From: a virus
Lineage: Duplodnaviria > Caudoviricetes
DNA length: 63,583 nt
Direction: 5' to 3' (one strand)
Virus record (IMG/VR): IMGVR_UViG_3300036760_000302
Coordinates: 1-63,583 of that record
The position numbers and the translations under genes were made by a program. A model generated the notes under the pieces. It ran no database searches, had not been told where the DNA came from, and saw only the letters and a program-made list of their open reading frames with translations. Shown in pieces: positions 17,273-26,227 of the stretch. Each line of letters starts with the position of its first letter. Position 1 is the first letter of the stretch.

Positions 17273-17331
17273 AACTTCCAACACCAAGCAGAGAACCCTG
17301 AGCAAGAAATTGTTTGGGGTTTTTTGTTTTT
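17236..17331 (+). terminator. Attenuator 2 (antiterminator 17236..17302; terminator 17294..17331)
   Basis: AACCCTGAGCAA-GAAA-TTGTTTGGGGTT plus U-tract; CTCAGGG/CCCTGAG, TGCT/AGCA, TGGTG/CACCA. Confidence 0.8.
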
Positions 17332-17349
17332 ATGTGGTCGGTTGTAATT

Positions 17350-17423
17350 CGGGGTGTAGCGCAGTCCGGTAGCGCATCTGTTTTGGGAACAGAGGGTCGT
17401 AGGTTCAAATCCTGCCACTCCGA
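17350..17423 (+). tRNA. tRNA-Pro(TGG)
   Basis: CGGGGTG/CACTCCG-A; loop TTTGGGA. Confidence 0.95.
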
Positions 17424-17430
17424 CAAATAT

Positions 17431-17505
17431 GGTGTTGTTAGTTCAGTCGGTTAGAACGCTTGATTGTGGTTCAAGAGGTCGCCAGTTCAAATCTGGTACA
17501 ACACC
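17431..17505 (+). tRNA. tRNA-His(GTG)
   Basis: G-1:C73; loop TTGTGGT. Confidence 0.93.
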
Positions 17506-17525
17506 CAGCTAAAATAAATGACAAA

Positions 17526-17723
17526 ATGAAAATAGATATAAGTTATATCAGCACTAAGTATTACGACAGGACAAACATTGTTCAATGGATGTTCATGTTT
17601 AAAAGATACACGGCTGTAAGGGGATTTATCATGAGGGTATTTGGAATTTATTTTAATGTGAGAGAAAATAATGCGACAGAAAAATTGATAAAATTATTTA
17701 TAGAATCACGGAAGTGTGGGTGA
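17526..17723 (+). CDS. Small hypothetical protein
   Basis: ATG at 17526; stop lies inside tRNA-Ser. Confidence 0.5.
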   Translation: MKIDISYISTKYYDRTNIVQWMFMFKRYTAVRGFIMRVFGIYFNVRENNATEKLIKLFIESRKCG

Positions 17724-17800
17724 GTGGCTGAAACCACTCGTTTGCTAAACGAGCAATCGGCTGAATAGTCGGTTCGAGAGTTCAAATCTCTCCGCTTCCG
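17710..17800 (+). tRNA. tRNA-Ser(GCT)
   Basis: Loop TTGCTAA; long variable arm. Confidence 0.93.
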
Positions 17801-17814
17801 CAAATAAAAAAAAG

Positions 17815-18045
17815 ATGAACATAGTTCTTAAAATAAAAGTAGAAGGTTACACCGCTATAATGGTGGAGGATAAAGAGGAAGGTTTGTTTACGATGTCCTG
17901 CTTGGAAAAAGGTGGAGCAATCATAACCGGAAATACGAAGGAGGAATGTCTGGAGAAATTCAAGAAGGCGATGGGGCTGGCGGTCGCGGTAGCAAAGCTG
18001 GCTGAGTTTGGAAGAAGTAGAACATTTAACTACAAAAGAAAATGA
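17815..18045 (+). CDS. HicB-like domain protein
   Basis: EDKEEGLFTMSCLEKGGAIITGNTKEECLEKF. Confidence 0.5.
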   Translation: MNIVLKIKVEGYTAIMVEDKEEGLFTMSCLEKGGAIITGNTKEECLEKFKKAMGLAVAVAKLAEFGRSRTFNYKRK

Positions 18046-18245
18046 ACACGGAAATTGAGGACATGATAATTGATAAATGGGCTGAGGATGTAATCAGCTC
18101 GGACTCGGAGCGAGTTATTGAATACAAGAATGGTAATGAAGGATTACTCGGATACTTTGTCGGAATGACGATGAAAAAATCGAGAGGTCAGTTGGATGTG
18201 AGTAAATTAAATAAGGCGATAAAAGAAAAACTCAATAAAATATAA
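18042..18245 (+). CDS. Stand-alone GatB/YqeY C-terminal domain protein
   Basis: EYKNGNEGLLGYFVGMTMKKSRGQLD. Confidence 0.75.
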   Translation: MNTEIEDMIIDKWAEDVISSDSERVIEYKNGNEGLLGYFVGMTMKKSRGQLDVSKLNKAIKEKLNKI

Positions 18246-18307
18246 AAACTGAAAATGGAAGCACCAGAAAAAATAGACGAGGACTCGTTCTCCGGAATAA
18301 CACATAC

Positions 18308-18402
18308 GGAGGCGTGGCAGAGTCAGCTTTATCGCACCAGTCTTGAAAACTGGCAATCACTTTAAGCTAAGTGGTTCGGGGGTTGAAATCCCTCCGCCTC
18401 CG
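18308..18402 (+). tRNA. tRNA-Ser(TGA)
   Basis: CCAGT-CTTGAAA-ACTGG; long variable arm. Confidence 0.92.
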
Positions 18403-18504
18403 CAAATAAATAAAAACAGGAAGTAAATAAATAAAACAAAATGAAAGACTATTATTATACATAGCGGGGATTGATTGGCAAGTCCACCTTCTCCGCAACG
18501 CAAT

Positions 18505-18588
18505 GGGAATGCGCCAGAGTTGGAGAGCTGGGTTTGTCTGTAAAACAAATGGCTTCGGTCTAAGTGAGTTCGATTCTCACAATTCCCA
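18505..18588 (+). tRNA. tRNA-Tyr(GTA)
   Basis: TTTGT-CTGTAAA-ACAAA. Confidence 0.88.
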
Positions 18589-18606
18589 CAGATGAAAATA
18601 AAATAT

Positions 18607-18690
18607 GCGAGCGTGGCGGAATCGGCATACGCACTGGTCTAAGAAGCCAGCGTCCGGAAGGAATTAAGAGTTCAACTCTCTTCGCTCGCA
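18607..18690 (+). tRNA. tRNA-Leu(AAG)
   Basis: CTGGT-CTAAGAA-GCCAG. Confidence 0.9.
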
Positions 18691-18694
18691 CAAA

Positions 18695-18778
18695 CCGCAA
18701 GTGGTGGAATCGGCAGACACATACGCCTCAGAAGCGTATGCTCGGAAGGGCGTAAGAGTTCAAGTCTCTTCTTGCGGA
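18695..18778 (+). tRNA. tRNA-Leu(CAG)
   Basis: TACGC-CTCAGAA-GCGTA. Confidence 0.9.
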
Positions 18779-18792
18779 CGAAAAATATAAAT

Positions 18793-18876
18793 GCGAGTAT
18801 GGCGGAACTGGCAGACGCGATGGACTCAAAACCCATTGGAGTGAAATCCGTAAGAGTTCGATTCTCTTTATTCGCA
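18793..18876 (+). tRNA. tRNA-Leu(CAA)
   Basis: Loop CTCAAAA. Confidence 0.9.
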
Positions 18877-18929
18877 CGATAAAAAAACTAAAATGAAAAC
18901 AACTGAACGATTATGTGCGAGGGAAATAT

Positions 18930-19015
18930 CCTCGCATGGCGAAATTGGTAAACGCGCTATCCTTAAAAGGTAGTGGGCAGTAATGCCCGTGTCGGTTCGA
19001 CTCCGATTGCGAGGA
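18930..19015 (+). tRNA. tRNA-Leu(TAA)
   Basis: CTATC-CTTAAAA-GGTAG. Confidence 0.9.
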
Positions 19016-19143
19016 CAGTACAAAGTAATACGATGTAATACAAAATAATACAATGAACAATTTAAACCAGCAACAGCAAGAATAAACAACGAAGGGGAGA
19101 ACCATCGTAAGGAGGGGTCTTGCCCTTCCGGTGATGAATATAT

Positions 19144-19214
19144 TCTCCTCTCGTCTAACGGTAGGACATCTGATTTTGGCTCAGAGAATTGCAGTTCAAA
19201 TCTGTGGGGGAGAA
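19144..19214 (+). tRNA. tRNA-Gln(TTG)
   Basis: TCTGA-TTTTGGC-TCAGA. Confidence 0.88.
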
Positions 19215-19251
19215 CAATAGAAAAATAATTATCTTTGCGGATATTTCTTAT

Positions 19252-19324
19252 TGACCTATGGTGTAATTGGCAACACGACTGATTTTGGTTCAGTAGAGTC
19301 TAAGTTCGAGCCTTAGTGGGTCAA
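19252..19324 (+). tRNA. tRNA-Gln(TTG)
   Basis: ACTGA-TTTTGGT-TCAGT. Confidence 0.9.
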
Positions 19325-19400
19325 CAAGCTGGATGCTGTTAATAAGTTTTGTAAGATTGTACTTGACAGATGTAATTACATTATTATCTTTGTGTCATAT

Positions 19401-19515
19401 TGCGGGGGAGTGAAACGGAAATTGCTGGGTTGTGGACTTAATTGCGAGCAACTTTAGTAAGAATCATTTTAGGCTCATAACCTAAAGATAGCAAGTTCGA
19501 CTCTTGCTCCCGCTA
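19401..19515 (+). tRNA. Initiator-like tRNA-Met(CAT) with about 40 extra nt in the D-loop
   Basis: TGCGGGG/TCCCGCT-A; TTAGG-CTCATAA-CCTAA; own TATCTTTG promoter element at 19385..19392. Confidence 0.75.
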
Positions 19516-19609
19516 CGAAAAAAAGTAAGTCTCCCCATAAAGACGAAAATACAGTGCGGGGATTTCGTGCATCTTACTTTTTTTTGAAGTTCTTTGATAA
19601 AAAAAATAT

Positions 19610-20525
19610 TGGCTCGTGGCGGAAACGCTCCCAAAGTTGATGAGGGAAAAATAATTCAATGGGTTACTGCTCAGGATTAACAGAAGCAAGTCCCGAAAGT
19701 TTCCAGCTTTTCTTTCAAAGCTGTTCGAGCCATTATTGAGATATTGATTCGAGGCGGAGTAATGACGCTACCGAGTTAGTCGGTAAGGCGATGGTGAAAA
19801 ATCCTTAGTCGAAGGGATGAGTTCCACACCGTCCGCGCAAGCGAACGGTAAATAAGCCCCGAAGTTGGAACACGCTCAGGTGTGAGACCTGTGCCGAATC
19901 AGTCGTATTGAAATATTGATAGTTGAGTCCATCGAGCCTATTGAACTTGGTGAAGCGGATGAGCAGAAATGCGTTGACTTCGCAGACTCTCTATCAATCC
20001 CTTCGGGGAAAAGAAATTGACAGGAGGACAGTAACCAGCAAGTTCGGAGACGCACAGGCTTCGGTGGAAGAAATTCCAGTCCTCAAAAATAAAGGTTGTG
20101 CGAAAGCGTGAAACAAACCTGTCGGTGTTATTTGAAATATTGACGATAAACTGTGGTCAAGCAAGGCGTATGTTGGCTCTGCCGTTATAAAAGTGGGCGT
20201 GAGTTAGTTTGCAGTCTGTAACAGGACAAGTGGACGGAAAACTTTCGTTATCTTATTGAGTGGACATATTTGGAGTGCCGAATCTCCTTCACAGAATCGT
20301 TAATCTTATTGGTAGTAAGTAGCGGTCGGGGCTAACCGATGAACGGACGAGCGAAAGCGGTGACTCCGCGTACAGCTTGACTGCCAGTGTTCTTTTAAAA
20401 TATTGTAATTGGTAGTGCTGTGTCGCAGGTTCAAATCCTGTGCATCTCTTAAAGGCGGTTAACGTGGACGGGATGTAAGCGCGAGGACGACTTAGGTTAT
20501 GGTTGGCGACAGAATATCAATTACA
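19610..20525 (+). ncRNA. Array of six stem-closed putative ncRNAs
   Basis: Terminal stems define 19610..19732, 19744..19902, 19912..20129, 20139..20304, 20307..20389, 20404..20525; GNRA/UUCG loops; no credible ORF. Confidence 0.65.
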
Positions 20526-20535
20526 TGAAAACTGA

Positions 20536-20575
20536 AAAATGCTCCAGCGATATATTTCGTTGGGGCATTTTTTTT
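20536..20575 (+). terminator. Intrinsic terminator after the ncRNA array
   Basis: AATGCTCCAGCGA..TCGTTGGGGCATT plus T-tract. Confidence 0.8.
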
Positions 20576-20687
20576 GTTTCAACACCTATCCTTTTCATTG
20601 TTGAAAAGTCCGAACCGGAGTGATTTATTCATTCCGTATATTTACATCCAATCAATTAATCAACAACAACAAAACAATTTAATTACA

Positions 20688-20891
20688 ATGAAAACAGGTA
20701 CAGTAAAATTTTACAATGAGTCGAAAGGATTCGGATTCATCAAGTCTGACGATGGCGGAAAAGAAGTATTCGTTCACGCCACAGGAATCGCTCAGGGCAC
20801 TCAGCTTAGAGAGAACGACAAAGTTACTTTCGAGGAAAGAGACGGAAAGAAAGGCGTTAATGCCGTGAATGTCGAACTCTGCGAAAATTAA
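20688..20891 (+). CDS. cspA: Cold-shock domain protein
   Basis: [25 protein letters not shown]. Confidence 0.93.
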   Translation: MKTGTVKFYNESKGFGFIKSDDGGKEVFVHATGIAQGTQLRENDKVTFEERDGKKGVNAVNVELCEN

Positions 20892-20986
20892 TATTTTCCA
20901 GTTCCATGTTTGTTTAAAAGCCCTGACATCGCGTTAGGGCTTTTTTTTATATATTCGCTTCACTAACCAATAAAAACAATCATATC

Positions 20987-21238
20987 ATGGCTACTATGAC
21001 AAAAGATGAAATTACAGAAAAGGTAACTAAGGTTATTGTGGATAAACTCGGAGTTAATTCAAATGAAATTATTCCTTCTGCAAATTTTGTGAATGACCTA
21101 CGAGCAGATTCCCTTGATAACGTAGAGCTTATAATGGAATTTGAAAATGAGTTTAATTTTAAGATTCCAGACGAGGAAGCCGAAAAGTTGACGACAGTCG
21201 GAGAAGTGATTGAGTATATCATAAAAAACGTAAAATAA
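20987..21238 (+). CDS. acpP: Acyl carrier protein
   Basis: DLRADSLDNVELIMEFE (DSL phosphopantetheine site). Confidence 0.93.
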   Translation: MATMTKDEITEKVTKVIVDKLGVNSNEIIPSANFVNDLRADSLDNVELIMEFENEFNFKIPDEEAEKLTTVGEVIEYIIKNVK

Positions 21239-21249
21239 AACCCTGACAC

Positions 21250-21468
21250 ATGAAAAACCCTGAGATTAAAATGCCGGACAAGTGCAGATATATTCGGGTA
21301 GTTTACGAGGATGGCTCGAAGCAAGAATTTAAGCCTACCTCTAAGGTCGTGGAGTACGAAGATTGCTATGAGTTCGAGGAGGCGGACGTAGAATCCAATT
21401 TCCCATCTACGGTCGTGATTGAGAAGTCCGAGCTTAGGACTATCCGGTTCGTGAAGGACGGTCAGTAA
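21250..21468 (+). CDS. Hypothetical protein
   Basis: 72-aa ORF. Confidence 0.55.
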   Translation: MKNPEIKMPDKCRYIRVVYEDGSKQEFKPTSKVVEYEDCYEFEEADVESNFPSTVVIEKSELRTIRFVKDGQ

Positions 21469-21471
21469 GCG

Positions 21472-21990
21472 CTATCTTCTTTTTTCGATTATCTTAATCC
21501 ATAAGGAGGTATCTTGTCTGGCTGGTTTATTGCCTCCCATAAAAAGGTCAAGAAAATATCCCCATCTGAATTTAGGCATGATAAATTTTTCTCCGGTCTG
21601 AGCTAAGAATAATCCAGAGTCATCCCGAACTGTGTACTGGATATTATTCAATAGCTCAGTCACTTTAATTTCTACTTCATACCACCTTCCGGTATCAACA
21701 GTCGTCATGTAGTTCATAGTTCTGACTCTGTTGTTGTAGATATATGTATGGAGCTGAATTTTGCCCGCATATTTTTCGTCCGGTCTCCAGCAGAGGCGGA
21801 TTGAATCGTCATGAACCATGAGTCCAACCGTCCAACCATATCCTTTATTTAAATCATAGTCGTCCGTATCCAGTATAGGATAGTAGCAATTTTCGTCAAA
21901 TTTTATGCGAAATTTAAGATACTTGATGCCGAAATGAATGCTCGGCATGGACAGGCGGTTATGATGCCCTTCTTTAACTAAGAGCCACAT
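21472..21990 (-). CDS. Hypothetical beta-rich protein (lectin/lyase-like)
   Basis: DLNKGYG, IRLCWR, LFMGGN pattern. Confidence 0.5.
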   Translation of the reverse strand: MWLLVKEGHHNRLSMPSIHFGIKYLKFRIKFDENCYYPILDTDDYDLNKGYGWTVGLMVHDDSIRLCWRPDEKYAGKIQLHTYIYNNRVRTMNYMTTVDTGRWYEVEIKVTELLNNIQYTVRDDSGLFLAQTGEKFIMPKFRWGYFLDLFMGGNKPARQDTSLWIKIIEKRR

Positions 21991-22255
21991 CTGATTTCTT
22001 AACCTTTATGAAGGATTTAGCCTGCATTAGAGGCATTATCTCGGCTGGATGGCTCTGGGCGGTATTCTCGATGTATAAGCCTGCCCTGTCCACTCCTAAA
22101 TACTTGTAGTTGCCATATTTGATGACGTACTGCTTGATGCCGACCCTTACGATGTCGCCCACGAATACTTCTTCGTCCCAGAGGTCAGTTCTTTTTGTTA
22201 TCACCATATCGCTTTGAATAATCATTCCAGAATTTATAAAATCCATTATATCCAA
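21974..22255 (-). CDS. YopX-like protein
   Basis: DLWDEEVFVGDIV. Confidence 0.45.
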   Translation of the reverse strand: MDIMDFINSGMIIQSDMVITKRTDLWDEEVFVGDIVRVGIKQYVIKYGNYKYLGVDRAGLYIENTAQSHPAEIMPLMQAKSFIKVKKSDVALS

Positions 22256-22678
22256 TCACAATCATCATTAATATAGGAAGTGGGATTAGTAGGTAAACTT
22301 CCTTGACGACAAGAAGAATTAGGAAGGCAATGGCAAGAATAAATAATTGAATGTAATTATTTGACCACATCAACGAGAACCAAGTGTCCCTCTTTTTATC
22401 TGGTGTCATTATGCTTTGGGGTCTTTTAAGTATTCCTTCCACTCTTTGTAGAAGATGCTGTAACTAATTTTTATCATCCAGCCAGAGAAAAGTATAATTC
22501 CAAGCCACACTGAGTTGAATCCGATATTGTCGGTGATTTCGAGATAGTAAAATTCCTCAACGAAGAAATGAAAGTATAGGATTACAGATAGAGAAAGGAA
22601 TCCGCCAACAAACCATAGATGCCAGTTATCTTGTTTGATGAATTGCCACCAAGTTAATTTACTCTTTTGTTCGTTCAT
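22185..22678 (-). CDS. Two related small membrane proteins (22409..22678, 22185..22442)
   Basis: Both have TW..N, two TM segments and Y..FYK.W..Y. Confidence 0.6.
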
Positions 22679-22690
22679 GGGATTTAGATA

Positions 22691-23086
22691 TTAATAGTTG
22701 CTTACGGCAGGTTCATTGTTATTTTTTTCGGTCGCATCTATTTCAGCGCTATCCCTCTTTCTGTTAAGAATAGTAAAGGTGTCAGCTACAATTTCAACAT
22801 TGGATTTTTTATTTCCTTCTTTATCTTCCCACTTACGGGTTCTGATTTTACCTTCAAGGTAAATCTGGTCTCCCTTTTTGAGCTCAGACTTCTGAACGCT
22901 CTCAGCCAGACCACGCCACATAACGATGTTATGCCACTCTGCCTGCTCTTTTTTATCTCCGTTTTTATCTTTGAATGTTTCATTGGTGGCAAGCGGAAAG
23001 CTCGCCAAGACTACACCGCCTTCGAGGTTTTTAATTTCTGGGTTCTTGCCAAGATTTCCAACGAGAATTACTTTGTTTGCAGACAT
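22691..23086 (-). CDS. ssb: Single-stranded DNA-binding protein
   Basis: NKVILVGNLGKNPE..EWHNIV..YLEGKIRTRKW. Confidence 0.95.
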   Translation of the reverse strand: MSANKVILVGNLGKNPEIKNLEGGVVLASFPLATNETFKDKNGDKKEQAEWHNIVMWRGLAESVQKSELKKGDQIYLEGKIRTRKWEDKEGNKKSNVEIVADTFTILNRKRDSAEIDATEKNNNEPAVSNY

Positions 23087-23504
23087 GACTGATTTGATTG
23101 TTTAGTTTGTGTTATATGGTTTATGCGAAGATACGGAATTAAGAGTATAGGGTAATTCACAGTAGGACTTGACTTTTCAACAGGCTTTTAGAAGCCGATT
23201 GAGACCCCGCTAAGGGATATTGCGTTGTCATTTACATCGTAACTGAATGTTACTGGTTGCTCGCTGATTTTATTGAGAAATGACAGCATTTTCAGCCATC
23301 TATCTTTCTCAAATTTTATTTTTGGAGAATGATTGTATCGCGAGTGACACATTATTTCTTCCGAAGAGCTGTCTTGTAAATGAAATACTATTTTATCAAT
23401 AGCCACTTCTACTTCAATGATTGGCTTGTTTATTATTTCGGTCAGTCTCTTACGCATAAGGGATGATGATACTATTACTTTAGTGCTGTGCATTTTTTTT
23501 GTTG

Positions 23505-23825
23505 TTATGAAACATTGTTTTTTCGGGAACAGCTCACAGGCGTTAAGCATTCAAGCAATTCCTCTGGGTTTTTTACTTTGTATTCATGGAATCGTTCCCG
23601 AACACAGCATTCTGGAAATACGCCTTCGCTTTCGTCAATAAATTCTGCCTTGTGATTTTTCATTAATGTATCGCAGGTATTACAAGAATATACCGTCCCT
23701 AAATCGCCATCGAATTTATTCACTTGCCTTCTCATTTCAGAACCAATCTCGAAGCTCCTTTGGCAAGCGAAGCATCTGCGAGGCTTTCTAATCTTCACTA
23801 ATTTATCTAATAAAATTTCAATCAT
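23505..23825 (-). CDS. Zn-finger phage protein
   Basis: KIRKPRRCFAC..CNTC. Confidence 0.55.
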   Translation of the reverse strand: MIEILLDKLVKIRKPRRCFACQRSFEIGSEMRRQVNKFDGDLGTVYSCNTCDTLMKNHKAEFIDESEGVFPECCVRERFHEYKVKNPEELLECLTPVSCSRKNNVS

Positions 23826-24276
23826 GTTTTTTTTGTTTAAAAAATTTATAAGGTTTTATAGATGTAATACCGCTATTATCAAGATTGTCGCCCATATACA
23901 AACATCCGCCAAAAATATGACTATGTTAAATGGGTATCCTTTCTTTTCCCTGTACCAGCATATCGGGAATAATTTTCTCCAGTTCATGTTTGAGTCGGTT
24001 AATAGAATATTATTGTTCCTTTTGGTGTTGCGATTTTATAGTCCGCTAAATCAAAATCCTTTTCGCCTTTATGTATGGTTCGTAATTCTTTCAGTGTCCC
24101 AACATCATCATCGTCATGCTTATTCACATAAATATCTTCTTTTTGAATCTCGTGTCCATCTAAGTCTTGGACTGGGCAATCCTCAAAGGCGATGTGAACT
24201 GGTTGCTTCATCTGCTCCTTTGTTAGCGAGCAAAGGAATGTTCTTAATTTTCCGAGTGTGTAGGTGTCTTTCTTTT

Positions 24277-25041
24277 TCATTGTTTTTCATTTAATGATTT
24301 GAGTGAGTTTGAAACTTTTTCAAGAATTGTTTTGGCGGTATCTTCCATTCCAAGTAGTTGTTTCTTTATAGACTCGATTCCTCCGGTGTCGTGAAGGAGC
24401 TTAAATAGCTCTCCCATTTTTTTAGGGTCTCCCCAGAAATGGTCAGTCGCTAATCTGTCGAGATAGACTCCAGATGCTTTCTCGAACTCACCTACGTTCT
24501 TTTTTATTTCATTCAATTCGTTTGTGAGTCTTATTACCCGCATCTCGCTGTCGTCTATTGCATACTTCTTGGCTTGCTCTATTTCGCTTTTTATGGAATC
24601 ACGATGAACGTAACCGCTTTTATCGGTTGCTCTTTTTAGCATGGCACACATAAAACTTCTGCTGATGGGTTTAGGCTTTAATGTGGGAGCTGGCTTCTTG
24701 GTGAACACTCTGTCGCCTTTTATGCAAAGCCATCCCCAGCTCTTAGGTATCTCTTCAATCTTGGCAACTTTATCGTCAGTAGTTAATAGCCAGAAATAAT
24801 CGCAATATTGAAATATATTTTCTGCCTTCTTTGGATTCTTTAATTCGTTTAGCCAGTCACCTCTATGCCTCTTGAGCTCAATTCCATTCATCGCAAGACC
24901 TCTGGATGGATAAAGGTTCACTGCAATATAATCAGCCGACCGAGATGCGTCATGTCCGGCTTTGTCTCGAACTTCTTGCAATAAAACGTATTCGTTTGCG
25001 GAGAATCTCCCTCGTAGTATTGAGTAAATATCTTGCGCCAT
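24277..25041 (-). CDS. PD-(D/E)XK nuclease-like protein (MmcB-like)
   Basis: QEV..RSADYIAV..GIELKRHRGDWLNEL..YCDYFW. Confidence 0.65.
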   Translation of the reverse strand: MAQDIYSILRGRFSANEYVLLQEVRDKAGHDASRSADYIAVNLYPSRGLAMNGIELKRHRGDWLNELKNPKKAENIFQYCDYFWLLTTDDKVAKIEEIPKSWGWLCIKGDRVFTKKPAPTLKPKPISRSFMCAMLKRATDKSGYVHRDSIKSEIEQAKKYAIDDSEMRVIRLTNELNEIKKNVGEFEKASGVYLDRLATDHFWGDPKKMGELFKLLHDTGGIESIKKQLLGMEDTAKTILEKVSNSLKSLNEKQ

Positions 25042-25348
25042 TTTGCTTATGCGCTTTTATATTCTTTAGTAATTCCAATTTCGCCACATTTTTCTTTTAA
25101 TCTATCAACCTCTTTTGAGTAATTTATCTTCTGCTTTATTGCGGTCTCGTATTTTTCTTTCCAAGTAGCAATCAATTCCTCCTCGCTCGGTAATTCAACT
25201 TCTTCCAGATACCACTCAGGGAGCTCATCTGCTACCCATTTACCGCAGAACACCTCTATTGTGCCAAGATTAGTGTCGTATTCTCCGTCTGCTGGCACGT
25301 CATCTTTTTCGTTTACGATTACTTTTTTGTAAATTGATTCCATGATTT

Positions 25349-25876
25349 TTAAAATAAACTTGATTGATTTTTGTCCGACTCTGGCTTTTCTTTTTTCTTA
25401 GACCATTTCTTTTTAATGACTGGTGGTTCAACATATTTTACAATCGGTTTTTCCTCTTTCTTTACTTCCACTTTTGGCGCTTCCGGTTCTACTGGCTTTG
25501 CCGGAGCAGACTTGGATTTAGATGTCGGTGTAGCAGGGGTAGGTGCGTTTGCTGTTTCTTTGACGCGAGGTGTGTCATATAATCTCAAATTCCCATCTGT
25601 GACATCTTTTTCGTGTTGTTTTTTAAGGTCATGCACTCTATTCTTGATGTCAGAAGTATCGGCTGGCTTCTTATTGGTTTTAATCCATTCTTTGTAATCC
25701 CTGTCTCTGAGAAATTTTACCAACTCAGTCTTGTCGCCATTAAATTTTTTAAGCATAGCATCTTCCGATTCATCTTTTTGTAGATAAGTATTTATGGCGT
25801 GCTGAAACGTGCCACTCAATATCGCTTCGCTATTTGATTCGCTAACCGCCATAGTTGTTTCCAAATTTATCAGCAA
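25349..25876 (-). CDS. Hypothetical protein with Pro/Lys-rich tail
   Basis: 175-aa ORF ending QSSLF; start uncertain. Confidence 0.5.
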   Translation of the reverse strand: MLINLETTMAVSESNSEAILSGTFQHAINTYLQKDESEDAMLKKFNGDKTELVKFLRDRDYKEWIKTNKKPADTSDIKNRVHDLKKQHEKDVTDGNLRLYDTPRVKETANAPTPATPTSKSKSAPAKPVEPEAPKVEVKKEEKPIVKYVEPPVIKKKWSKKKEKPESDKNQSSLF

Positions 25877-26216
25877 GCATTAAACTGAAATTTGCCACGT
25901 CAGTGCATTCGTTTATGATGCGCTTATTGTCTTTGCTGGCGATAGCCTCAGCGAGCTCTTTCCGTTCTTGAGTTAGGCGCATGGAAAGATATTGAAGGTC
26001 ACACCTCCTCCATCCTCCCTTGTGGTCATTCCTTTTAAGGGTTTCCTCCATCCGTTCCGCATACCACTTTACGGCTGGTCTTACTGGAAGTCTCTCGGAA
26101 AGATTAGTCATGCCATACTCCATAGCGTGCTGTATCGCTTTTAGGATGTTGGCTTCTGTGATGTCCTTTCCCTCGTTTGTGAATTGGTTAAAAACTTGTC
26201 TTGCTCTTTGTTCCAT
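25842..26216 (-). CDS. MazG-like nucleotide pyrophosphohydrolase domain
   Basis: QERKELAEAI..NECTDVANFSLM. Confidence 0.6.
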   Translation of the reverse strand: MEQRARQVFNQFTNEGKDITEANILKAIQHAMEYGMTNLSERLPVRPAVKWYAERMEETLKRNDHKGGWRRCDLQYLSMRLTQERKELAEAIASKDNKRIINECTDVANFSLMLADKFGNNYGG

Positions 26217-26227
26217 GATACTGTGAT

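Noticed and set aside
18915-18938. Hairpin pairing the Leu(TAA) leader with its acceptor 5' strand
   Set aside because: A single instance that could be a local duplication; no other support for regulation.
19647-19720. Hammerhead-like core TTGATGA-GGGA..TCCC-GAAA
   Set aside because: C3 is replaced and I could not build convincing stems I and III around a UH site.
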